DNA of 64,000 bases from a virus. Below the pieces are notes generated by a model. It searched no databases. It was not told the DNA's origin and saw only the letters and a list, made by a program, of their open reading frames with translations. Both the position numbers and the translations under genes were made by a program. The stretch spans positions 1-64,000 of IMG/VR virus record IMGVR_UViG_3300000117_000011. One strand, 5' to 3'. The first letter of the stretch is position 1; each line of letters opens with the position of its first letter. This document shows positions 36,401 through 43,951 of the stretch, one piece after another.

Positions 36401-39191
36401 TGGTCAAGTAGCTTTAACTTCAAAAGATGATGCCGCTTCTGCAATTTCATTAACTGCTAATGTAGGTACAAGTGAAACAATTGTAATTACTAATACAAAA
36501 GGAATTACTGATGGTTCTGACGATGCAGGTGCAATCGAGCTTTCTGCAGCTGCAGGTGGTATTGGACTTGCTTGGGCAGATAATAAAGATCTTTGGGCTG
36601 AAGGCGGTAGAGCAGTTATTACAGCTAATGAAAATGCTATTGAAGCTATTAAACTTGATGCGTCTTCAGGCGCTAATCAGACTATTAAGCTACTAAACAC
36701 ATCGAGCACAAAAGCTTACAGTCTTGTTACAGATACCTCTTGCGATTTAAATGAAACTACAACTGTGTCAATGGATGATACGTCAGCTATTGCAGCTAAC
36801 ATGTCAGTTTCAGGTGAAGGTATACCAGCTGGTGCTTTTGTTGTAAGCGTTACAAATAGTACCTCTTTTGTACTGTCTGCTGCAGCAACTGCAACATCTA
36901 CTGATGAGACTTTGACATTTACAACGCCAGCTGCTATTGACTTACATGCAGCTTCTGGTGGATTCTCTATTGACGGTGTGCAACCATCAAATATTACAGT
37001 TGATTCAGCAGGTAATGCCGATGATCTAACAATTTCAGTAACAGGCGCAACTGACTCTAGTCTTTTCTTGACTTCAGCCGGTACAGGTGTTGATGCTATA
37101 GACATTGATGCATCAGCAGGTTCAATGCTTATTGGTAAATCACTTGCTGATGGTAAAACGCTTAAGATTGGTAAAAATGCTGCTGTTGAAATGACCTTTA
37201 CACCTCATGGCACTCCTGCTAGTGAAAAATGGTCTTTAGTCAATACAGCAGGTACAGCTACTGACGCTATTTCACTACAATCAGTCGCGGGTGGTATCAC
37301 AGCAAAAGTTGCTGATGGTAGCGAGCTTATTTTAGGAAACTCAAACAGTGATACTTTTGTTAAGGTCTTACCACATGGTACTCCAGCTTCAGAGAAAATT
37401 AGTATTACAAATGCTTCAGGTACAGCTGCAGATGCAATTGGCTTGACAACAACAGCTGGTGGCATATCACTCACTTCAGCAAGTACAGTTACAGTTGATT
37501 CTGATGCTTTTGATATTACGTCTGATCAAGCAAATGATCCGCTTGTAAGAATTATTAATACAGTAAATGATGCAGATGGAGCAAGACTTAGATTTGTAAA
37601 AGCTAGGAACAGTGCTGCAGGTGAGGACAATGACGTTGCAGGTTTAATTGAATTCTATGCAGGCGATGACAACCAAGATCAAGTTAAATTTGGTGAAATT
37701 AAATCACAAGTGGCAGATGCGTCAAATGGTGCTGAAGGTGGTAAGCTTACACTTAGCATTGCTTCACATGATGGTGGATTAGCTCCTGGATTGATTCTTG
37801 CAGACGGTTCAGCTGATGATGAAGTTGATGTAACAATTGGTAATGGTGCTGCTTCTGTGACAACAGTTGCTGGTGAGCTTGCAGTTACTGGTGCACTTGC
37901 AGTTACAGGAAATCTTACAGTTAATGGTACAACAACAACTGTTAATTCAACAACACTTACAGTTGATGATAAAAACATCGAGCTAGGTGTAAGTGGAGAT
38001 GATATTACAGGTCAAACTGCAACACTAGACAATACTGTTGCTACTGTAACTGTAGCAAGTACAGCAGGATATCGTGTAGGTGCTACTCTTACAAAGACAG
38101 ACGGTGGTGGTGCATTTAAGGCAGGCGGTGTAAGAATTAAGTCCGTTGATTCTTCAACGCAAATTACTGTTGAGAATGATGTTGGTGATGCAGTACATGC
38201 AACAACCGGTGCTATTACATTTACAGTTGACAATAGCGATGCTACTGACTTTACAGCAGATGGTGGTGGTATTACTCTTAAGGCTACTCAAGATAAGACT
38301 TTCAACTACGTTAAGAGCACTGAATCATGGACTTCATCTGAGAATCTAAACTTAGCTAACGGGAAAGAAATTAAACACAATGGAACATCTTTACTAAGTT
38401 CTAGCACTCTTGCAAATTCAATAACATCATTGGCTGGAATTACAGTTGCCCAATCCGGTGGGATTGCAACTCTAGGCTCAGGAGGTGCTATTGGCGCAGA
38501 CTTTGGTGCAATTGATAATGGAATAAGCAATATTACAACTGGTGGTATACTAAAGATTGATGTTGACGGAACTGCAATTAATGCTGCAGGCTCATTAACA
38601 CTTGGTGAAGGAAATGATGCAGGTTTATACTTTAAAAACTCAGGTAACGAGCTCTTTATCGAAAATACTGTGGCCACAGGTGAGATTAGACTTAAAATTG
38701 GGAGTGAGGAATTATTAAGAATTGACGGTGTTAATGATAGAGTTATTCTACCTCAGGGTAAGTTACACATTGCTAAAGACAATAGTAATAATCTTCTTGA
38801 AGTAGATCCAAGTGATGACCTTGCCATTCAATTTAAAGGACCTACTAGATTTGAATCAGCTGTTGTACTTAATTCAGTAACTAAGACAATATCATCTGAC
38901 TCAATAGAAGTTACTTCTGGTTATCATAAGCTAGAATGCCCGGGCTCTGATACTACTGATGACTTGACTTCATTAACTTCAGGAACAGGAATTGACTTTC
39001 AAGCAGGACAAATTTTAGTACTACAAATTGCAAGTGCAGGTGATACAATTACTGTTAAAGATAATACAGATAGCGGTAATATTAGATTAAGTACTGCTAC
39101 TTTTGCTATGAACAGTGTTAATGATACATTAACTTTGATATATAACGGAACAAATTGGTGTGAGACTTCTAAATCTGATGCTGCTACTTAA
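33408..39191 (+). CDS. long tail fibre/adhesin protein B (shares modules with protein A)
   Basis: 1927 aa; QVKFAEIKAQVADA..EGGKLTLSVASHDG and DKNIELG..GGGITLK modules shared with A; AAGGA RBS. Confidence 0.85.
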   Translation: MSALKPDTDDLHTLGTSDKKWKELHVHDIELKSSLKLEGSSSGVSTLATLAAAADTTINLPAMATGTYHLPVLASATTTAIAATPEELNLLDAGTARTAFAGGDGLQLADELIIDDNSASASKKIQVQDLVDFLETTNGVSGFASAVSITDSTASSSVGTGALKVDGGVGIDKELFVGLTANIAGIATFQDSLAIQSQPANALGIRFNSDRGENDINSTDYDVKVIDVFAGTGDATQGTILWDDDQSSFSVTSGKLHSETQFTVGPIATPNFTVAPTTGVIDVEGSAPVLTIKNTASDAVGGVLKLVNDKGAAGADNDVAGAIEFHADDDAQDQVKFAEIKAQVADASQSYEGGKLTLSVASHDGGLASGIVINGGTQITDATCDTTENSTTVTMDSTANLHVGMGVIGTGIPALATVASIHANGTEFTLSAQATASNNDETLTFINADDEVDVTIGNGSNSTVTIPGNLTVQGTTVTVDTTNLSVSDQNILINDGGSLANSAGAGLDIEAAGSVAGFMRVASSHANLEFKAPSGSTLTLDVDANKTLTVNGDLNISGDSVINQDLSSNSTNAELGRLTLSNASGLLPKTTAGGGFIDIGSATAEFGDIFVGDGKGLKLGADQDVTILHDSAVGLAIESTGDIGISSNAGSINIGADLADDQTLKLGKASTVQTIIAPSNTAGSELYSVINTAGDTTGADGAGAILLSSVAGGMGLAWNAAKALHAQGGTAVIAAEENIANAIKLHATAGSSQSIRLENTAGSADASTITDATCDTTENSTTVTMDDTSAIAANMSVSGTGIPAGAFVVSVTNGTSFVLSAQATVSNTNETLTFTKSAAIDLTASAGGVNIDAAAAKDVKISGGQLALTSKDDAASAISLTANVGTSETIVVTNTQGTADGTNSNAAAVQLTSTAGGMGLAWNDAMDLWAEGGRAIITANENPGSAGPVIKLHADAGANQTIQLLNDAGTDEAAIDLTASAGGVNIDAAAAKDVNIGGGQVALTSKDDAASAISLTANVGTSETIVITNTKGITDGSDDAGAIELSAAAGGIGLAWADNKDLWAEGGRAVITANENAIEAIKLDASSGANQTIKLLNTSSTKAYSLVTDTSCDLNETTTVSMDDTSAIAANMSVSGEGIPAGAFVVSVTNSTSFVLSAAATATSTDETLTFTTPAAIDLHAASGGFSIDGVQPSNITVDSAGNADDLTISVTGATDSSLFLTSAGTGVDAIDIDASAGSMLIGKSLADGKTLKIGKNAAVEMTFTPHGTPASEKWSLVNTAGTATDAISLQSVAGGITAKVADGSELILGNSNSDTFVKVLPHGTPASEKISITNASGTAADAIGLTTTAGGISLTSASTVTVDSDAFDITSDQANDPLVRIINTVNDADGARLRFVKARNSAAGEDNDVAGLIEFYAGDDNQDQVKFGEIKSQVADASNGAEGGKLTLSIASHDGGLAPGLILADGSADDEVDVTIGNGAASVTTVAGELAVTGALAVTGNLTVNGTTTTVNSTTLTVDDKNIELGVSGDDITGQTATLDNTVATVTVASTAGYRVGATLTKTDGGGAFKAGGVRIKSVDSSTQITVENDVGDAVHATTGAITFTVDNSDATDFTADGGGITLKATQDKTFNYVKSTESWTSSENLNLANGKEIKHNGTSLLSSSTLANSITSLAGITVAQSGGIATLGSGGAIGADFGAIDNGISNITTGGILKIDVDGTAINAAGSLTLGEGNDAGLYFKNSGNELFIENTVATGEIRLKIGSEELLRIDGVNDRVILPQGKLHIAKDNSNNLLEVDPSDDLAIQFKGPTRFESAVVLNSVTKTISSDSIEVTSGYHKLECPGSDTTDDLTSLTSGTGIDFQAGQILVLQIASAGDTITVKDNTDSGNIRLSTATFAMNSVNDTLTLIYNGTNWCETSKSDAAT

Positions 39192-39207
39192 AATAATTTT
39201 ATAAATT

Positions 39208-39245
39208 GACCTCACTTTTATTATAATATTAATGAAAGTGAGGTC
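39208..39245 (+). promoter_or_regulatory. stem-loop covering the RBS of the Cas4-like gene, with TATAAT at its apex
   Basis: GACCTCACTTT (39208-39218) pairs with AAAGTGAGGTC (39235-39245); extends to 16 bp with one G-U. Confidence 0.7.
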
Positions 39246-39249
39246 TGTT

Positions 39250-40083
39250 ATGACTATTTTAAAGGAGCATGTCTCCTATTCTGAAGTTCGTCAATGGAAA
39301 GAGTGTCCTTGGCGACATAAGTTATTATACATAGATAAATTATCAACATTTGAAGAAAGTCCTCATTTGCATTACGGAACAATCATTCACGATGCATGTG
39401 AGCACTTTTTAAAAACAAAAGAACTTAAAATCGAAGAAGCACAAAGCAAGATTAAAGCTGCATGGGACGAACATGGCTTTGACTCAGAAGATTTTATTCA
39501 GTTGCAAACACAACGCGCAGAGATTCAAGGTTGGAAGTACAAGCATAGCAAGCTAAAAGACTGGCTACAATGGGCAGAAGCAAGTATAAGCTCAGTGCCA
39601 CAATTTTTAGATGAAACGTTTCCTGGTTGGGAATTCCAATCAGCGGAAGAAGCTTTATATGAAAACATGCAAAACATTAATACAAAATTTAAAGGCTATA
39701 TCGATTGTATCATAAAAGTCCCGCACAAAGAAAAATATAAATATTGGGTGTTAGATTGGAAAACATCTAATGGAAGAGGTTGGTCTTTAGATAAACAAAG
39801 AGACTTTAAGACGCAAGCACAAGTTATACTTTATAAGCACTTTTGGGGAACTAAGCATAACGTAGATATGAAAGACATACAGTGTGGTTTTATTTTACTT
39901 AAAAAGGTTAAGACAGTAGGTAAATCATGTCAGCTCATAAAAGTTTCAGCAGGTCCAAAAAACTTAGAAAAATCACAAAAAATGGTGAGAAGCATGATTA
40001 AAACTGTAGAAAAACAATTTTTTCTAAAAAATAGAAATTCTTGTATGTTTTGTGAATTTAAAAATACTGACTATTGTAGATAG
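39250..40083 (+). CDS. PD-(D/E)xK Cas4/RecB-like exonuclease
   Basis: SYS..CP, GTIIH, KGYID, DWKT, Q..LY and C-terminal CxxC-x6-C (Fe-S staple-like). Confidence 0.85.
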   Translation: MTILKEHVSYSEVRQWKECPWRHKLLYIDKLSTFEESPHLHYGTIIHDACEHFLKTKELKIEEAQSKIKAAWDEHGFDSEDFIQLQTQRAEIQGWKYKHSKLKDWLQWAEASISSVPQFLDETFPGWEFQSAEEALYENMQNINTKFKGYIDCIIKVPHKEKYKYWVLDWKTSNGRGWSLDKQRDFKTQAQVILYKHFWGTKHNVDMKDIQCGFILLKKVKTVGKSCQLIKVSAGPKNLEKSQKMVRSMIKTVEKQFFLKNRNSCMFCEFKNTDYCR

Positions 40084-40089
40084 GAAAAT

Positions 40090-41340
40090 ATGAGTAAAAA
40101 GAAAATATTAATAATTTCAGATCACGCTTTGTCTCCAAGTGGTGTAGGTGTACAAACAAAGTTTTTAGTTGAAGGTCTACTTAAAACAAACGATTATGAA
40201 TTTATTCAATTAGGCGCAGCTGTAAAACACCAGAATTATAGTACAGTTAAAGTAAATGATAATTTCTATATAAAACCTATAGATGGATTTGGGAGTCCAG
40301 CGCTGTTAAGATCTGTTATTCTAAACGAACAGCCTGATGCGTTGTTAATATTCACTGACCCTAGATTTTTTACATGGTTATTTCAAATTGAAGATGAAAT
40401 AAGACAAGTGTGTCCTATTTTATGGTGGCATGTTTGGGATAACAAACCTACTCCTAAATTTAACTATTGGATGTACGACTCAACAGATGCTATTAATTGT
40501 CACTCTTATTTGACTTACTTAATGTGCAAAGAAAACTATGATAAGAAGACAACTTTTATTCCTCACGCTTTCCCGAAATCTGTTTTTTACAAGATTGATG
40601 ATAATTTAAGAAAAAGTGAAAAGAAGAGAATATTAGGTGAGAAAAGAAAAGATAATTTTGTATGCCTTTGGATGAATAGAAATTGTAAAAGAAAAAGACC
40701 CGGGGACGTATTATATTCTTGGAAGTTATTTCTTGAAAGTCTAAACAAAGAAGATAGAAAAAATGTTACACTTTTGCTTCACACTAACCCGAAAGATAAT
40801 GCTGGATGTAATTTGTTTGAAATAGGCTACAACTTAGACATATTAGACACAGTTGCTTTTTCTACAGAAAAAGTTGAAACAGAACACATTAATGTTTTAC
40901 ACAACATTTCAGATGTTTGCTTAAATATGAGCTTCAATGAAGGTTTTGGTTTAACAACACTTGAATCAATGATGACTGGAACGCCTATCATTGCTGCTAA
41001 AACTGGAGGTTTATATAGACAAGTTATAGACTTTAGAGATAATACAGAAAATGGTATAGCGATAGATATAAAAAACAAGTCACTTGTTGGTAGCCAAAAT
41101 GTACCTTATATCTTTGAAGACTATGTTGATAATCAAGATGTTGCAAACGCCATTATGAAAATATACAAAATGAATTTTGAAGAAAAATTAAAGCTTAGCG
41201 AAAAGGTAATAAACTACGCAAATTTTGCGTTTAATTATGAAAATACAATTAACTTATGGGACAAATCAATAAGAAAGACAATTGAGGAATTTAAGTGTCA
41301 AAAACAAAAAACAAACGTAACAGCGATCACTTTAAAGTAA
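40090..41340 (+). CDS. GT4 (GT-B) glycosyltransferase
   Basis: SDH...SGVG, NRNCKRKR, EGFGLTTLESMMTGTPII. Confidence 0.9.
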   Translation: MSKKKILIISDHALSPSGVGVQTKFLVEGLLKTNDYEFIQLGAAVKHQNYSTVKVNDNFYIKPIDGFGSPALLRSVILNEQPDALLIFTDPRFFTWLFQIEDEIRQVCPILWWHVWDNKPTPKFNYWMYDSTDAINCHSYLTYLMCKENYDKKTTFIPHAFPKSVFYKIDDNLRKSEKKRILGEKRKDNFVCLWMNRNCKRKRPGDVLYSWKLFLESLNKEDRKNVTLLLHTNPKDNAGCNLFEIGYNLDILDTVAFSTEKVETEHINVLHNISDVCLNMSFNEGFGLTTLESMMTGTPIIAAKTGGLYRQVIDFRDNTENGIAIDIKNKSLVGSQNVPYIFEDYVDNQDVANAIMKIYKMNFEEKLKLSEKVINYANFAFNYENTINLWDKSIRKTIEEFKCQKQKTNVTAITLK

Positions 41341-42497
41341 AAAAAGTTTTATTAAAAGGACCTTTATTCACAAGCTCGGGTTACGGAGTACATTCAAGAC
41401 AAGTTTTTACAGCACTATCGAAAAGAAGTGACATCGACTTATTTTTAAAACCTACAGACTGGGGTAACAACTCATGGATTTTAGATCAAGATTTTAATAA
41501 TGGTATTATAAAAAAAATGTTAGACTATGCAAGAAAAAATATTGCAAATATTAGTTTTGATGTTTCATATCAAGTATCACTGCCTAACGAGTGGACAAAC
41601 ATAGCAAGTAAAAATGTAGGTATAACTGCTGGATTCGAAGCTGATATTGTTAAAGAAAGCTGGATTGACTCATGTAATTCGATGAATGCAATAATAACGC
41701 CCTCAGAGTTTACCAGAATGGCGTTTGTTAAAACTTCTAACACTTGCAAAACAAAACTAAAAAGAAAAATAAAAGTAATAAACGAGTGGTATTATGATGA
41801 ATTTGATCGTATAGAAGAAGATTCAAGATACTTTGACTTTTTGGAATACGATAAAAACATATTAATAATGGGCCAAATTACAGCTTCACACCCAGTTGCA
41901 GATAGAAAAAACATTATAAAAACGATTAAATGTGCTGTCGAATTTTGTAAAAACAAAGATATTGGTATTGTTCTTAAAATAAATGCAGGTAAAAATACAA
42001 AACAATTAAAAGATGTAGTTATAGATAGTATTAAGAAAAATATTGATCAAGAGAATTTATCAAAAATTACTTTTTTGTTTGGAAACTTTTCTATTCAAGA
42101 AATTAAAAATTTATATATATCAAGTAAAATAGCGTGTATGCTTACTGGAACAAGAGCTGAAGGCTGGGGTCTTCCTTTGATTGAAGCTGCTTCATGTGGA
42201 CTACCAATAATTGCAACAAACTATTCTGCTTATAAAGAATTTCTTAAAGAAGACTTTTTGAAAATTAACTTTAATTTGATAGAATTTAAAAGTGATTTAA
42301 ATTTCGTAGATATAGACAAAAGTCCTAAGTGGGCTGATTTTTGTGAAAACGACATGTTAGATAAGCTAAAAACATTCTTTAAAAACACAGAAGTTTACAA
42401 AGACATTGCTACTAGAAGGCAAAAAATAATTAAACAAAATTTTAATATGAGTAAAATATTAAATAATTATAATAAATTTTTTAAGAGCAATTTTTAA
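41295..42497 (+). CDS. GT4 (GT-B) glycosyltransferase
   Basis: SGYGVHSR, DRKN, EGWGLPLIEAASCGLPIIATNYS. Confidence 0.9.
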   Translation: MSKTKNKRNSDHFKVKKVLLKGPLFTSSGYGVHSRQVFTALSKRSDIDLFLKPTDWGNNSWILDQDFNNGIIKKMLDYARKNIANISFDVSYQVSLPNEWTNIASKNVGITAGFEADIVKESWIDSCNSMNAIITPSEFTRMAFVKTSNTCKTKLKRKIKVINEWYYDEFDRIEEDSRYFDFLEYDKNILIMGQITASHPVADRKNIIKTIKCAVEFCKNKDIGIVLKINAGKNTKQLKDVVIDSIKKNIDQENLSKITFLFGNFSIQEIKNLYISSKIACMLTGTRAEGWGLPLIEAASCGLPIIATNYSAYKEFLKEDFLKINFNLIEFKSDLNFVDIDKSPKWADFCENDMLDKLKTFFKNTEVYKDIATRRQKIIKQNFNMSKILNNYNKFFKSNF

Positions 42498-42791
42498 ATG
42501 ATCTACATACTAATACTATCAATTTTAGCTAATTTTTTCTTTGGCTACTTTTGTATAAAGTTTGCTTTAATAGTTTTAAACGTTCAGGATGCCATTGAAA
42601 AGTCGTTAGATAAAATAGACGTTAAATACAATAGACTAAATCAGATAGCAAAAATACCTGTTTTTTATGACAGCCCAGAAATTAAAAACATTATAAGTGA
42701 AGTAATAGAAGTTCAAGACGTTGTCTTAGAAGTTGCAGCAATTCTTTCAAACTCACCAAACAAAAAAGAAGAGGAAATGAAAGAAGAATAA
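42498..42791 (+). CDS. membrane-anchored hypothetical protein
   Basis: N-terminal TM followed by helical region. Confidence 0.65.
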   Translation: MIYILILSILANFFFGYFCIKFALIVLNVQDAIEKSLDKIDVKYNRLNQIAKIPVFYDSPEIKNIISEVIEVQDVVLEVAAILSNSPNKKEEEMKEE

Positions 42792-42800
42792 ATCTAGTAA

Positions 42801-43562
42801 ATGAGGAATGTCTTGACTAAAGAAACAAAAGAAGAAGATAAAAAAGTTTTAAAGAAAAAAAAGAAGAAAAAAAACTATTATTTTTCAATGGAAACACAAG
42901 AAAAAATAGTAGAATACCAGCAAGTAAAAGCTAAAAGAAGAAGAGACACCATATATGTTAGTCATATACATCCAGCTTTTAAAGAATTAGTTCATAATTT
43001 AGTATCTGTTTATAAATTTAAATCATCTTCAGAAGACATTAATCATTTAAAACATGATTGCGTTACTTTTCTATTTGAAACAATACACAAGTGGAAACCT
43101 GAAAATGGTACTAAAGCTTTCTCCTATTTTAACGTTGTTGCTAAAAACTGGCTTACAATTCATTCAAGAAGACTTATGAAAAACGCAAAAAGAAACATAT
43201 CAACTGATTGCAATGAAGGATTTACTTCTTACGAAAAGGAACAGCTCAACAGAATAGCTCCTGATGTAGGCCAGTTATATATCGATGCAATTGACAAAGC
43301 TGAATTTTTGCCAAAATTTATGGAAATGACTGATCGTATTCAAGAAAAACTCAAAGACGAAAAAGATATTCGCTGTATAAATGCTGTAAAGCAAATTTTT
43401 CAAAATGCTAATAATCTAGACTATTTAAATAAACGAGCAGTTTTTGTATATCTTAGAGAAATATCAGGACTTAATAGCTCAGAACTTAGTTCAAGTTTAT
43501 CAACAATAAGAAAACATTACAGAAAAATGTGTGGTCATGGTAAAGAATTTGACTTATTTTAG
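42801..43562 (+). CDS. phage late sigma factor (T4 gp55-like)
   Basis: NYYF...KWKPENGTKAFSYFNVVAKNWL resembles the gp55 region-2 motif. Confidence 0.7.
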   Translation: MRNVLTKETKEEDKKVLKKKKKKKNYYFSMETQEKIVEYQQVKAKRRRDTIYVSHIHPAFKELVHNLVSVYKFKSSSEDINHLKHDCVTFLFETIHKWKPENGTKAFSYFNVVAKNWLTIHSRRLMKNAKRNISTDCNEGFTSYEKEQLNRIAPDVGQLYIDAIDKAEFLPKFMEMTDRIQEKLKDEKDIRCINAVKQIFQNANNLDYLNKRAVFVYLREISGLNSSELSSSLSTIRKHYRKMCGHGKEFDLF

Positions 43563-43570
43563 GAAAAACA

Positions 43571-43942
43571 ATGGAAAATATAGATAAAATATCAAAAAAA
43601 ATTGATAAAAACAACGAAAAAGAAGACCAAATAAAAAACTTTTCAGACATTCTTGACTCCATTGACTCATTGGAGAATAAAAAAAAGATGCTTTGGAAAG
43701 AAGTCTATTCTAATGCTATAGAAGATAGAGAAAAAGCAAAAATGTTATTTAACGACGCTTATATTTCAATGACAGGCGGAACAAATGAGCATATGAACGT
43801 TGGAAGTATCATGGCAAAGTATGTTGAAAGAATGAGCAAGTCAAATGATCAAATACTTAAGTTAGCTGAATTAATAGCAAAAGAAGAAGAAAAGTCAGAA
43901 GTAATATCTGATGATGATATATTTAATAAAATTAACGTTTAG
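43571..43942 (+). CDS. hypothetical helical protein
   Basis: 123-aa ORF with AGGA RBS. Confidence 0.7.
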   Translation: MENIDKISKKIDKNNEKEDQIKNFSDILDSIDSLENKKKMLWKEVYSNAIEDREKAKMLFNDAYISMTGGTNEHMNVGSIMAKYVERMSKSNDQILKLAELIAKEEEKSEVISDDDIFNKINV

Positions 43943-43951
43943 AGTAAATTT

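Noticed and set aside
19706-38677. Many antisense and alternate-frame ORFs within structural genes
   Set aside because: Shadow ORFs expected from biased codon usage; no RBS or recognisable motifs.
27040-39191. Diversity-generating retroelement or shufflon acting on fibre repeats
   Set aside because: No reverse transcriptase or invertase in the window; differences between copies are not adenine-specific; all repeats are direct and coding.
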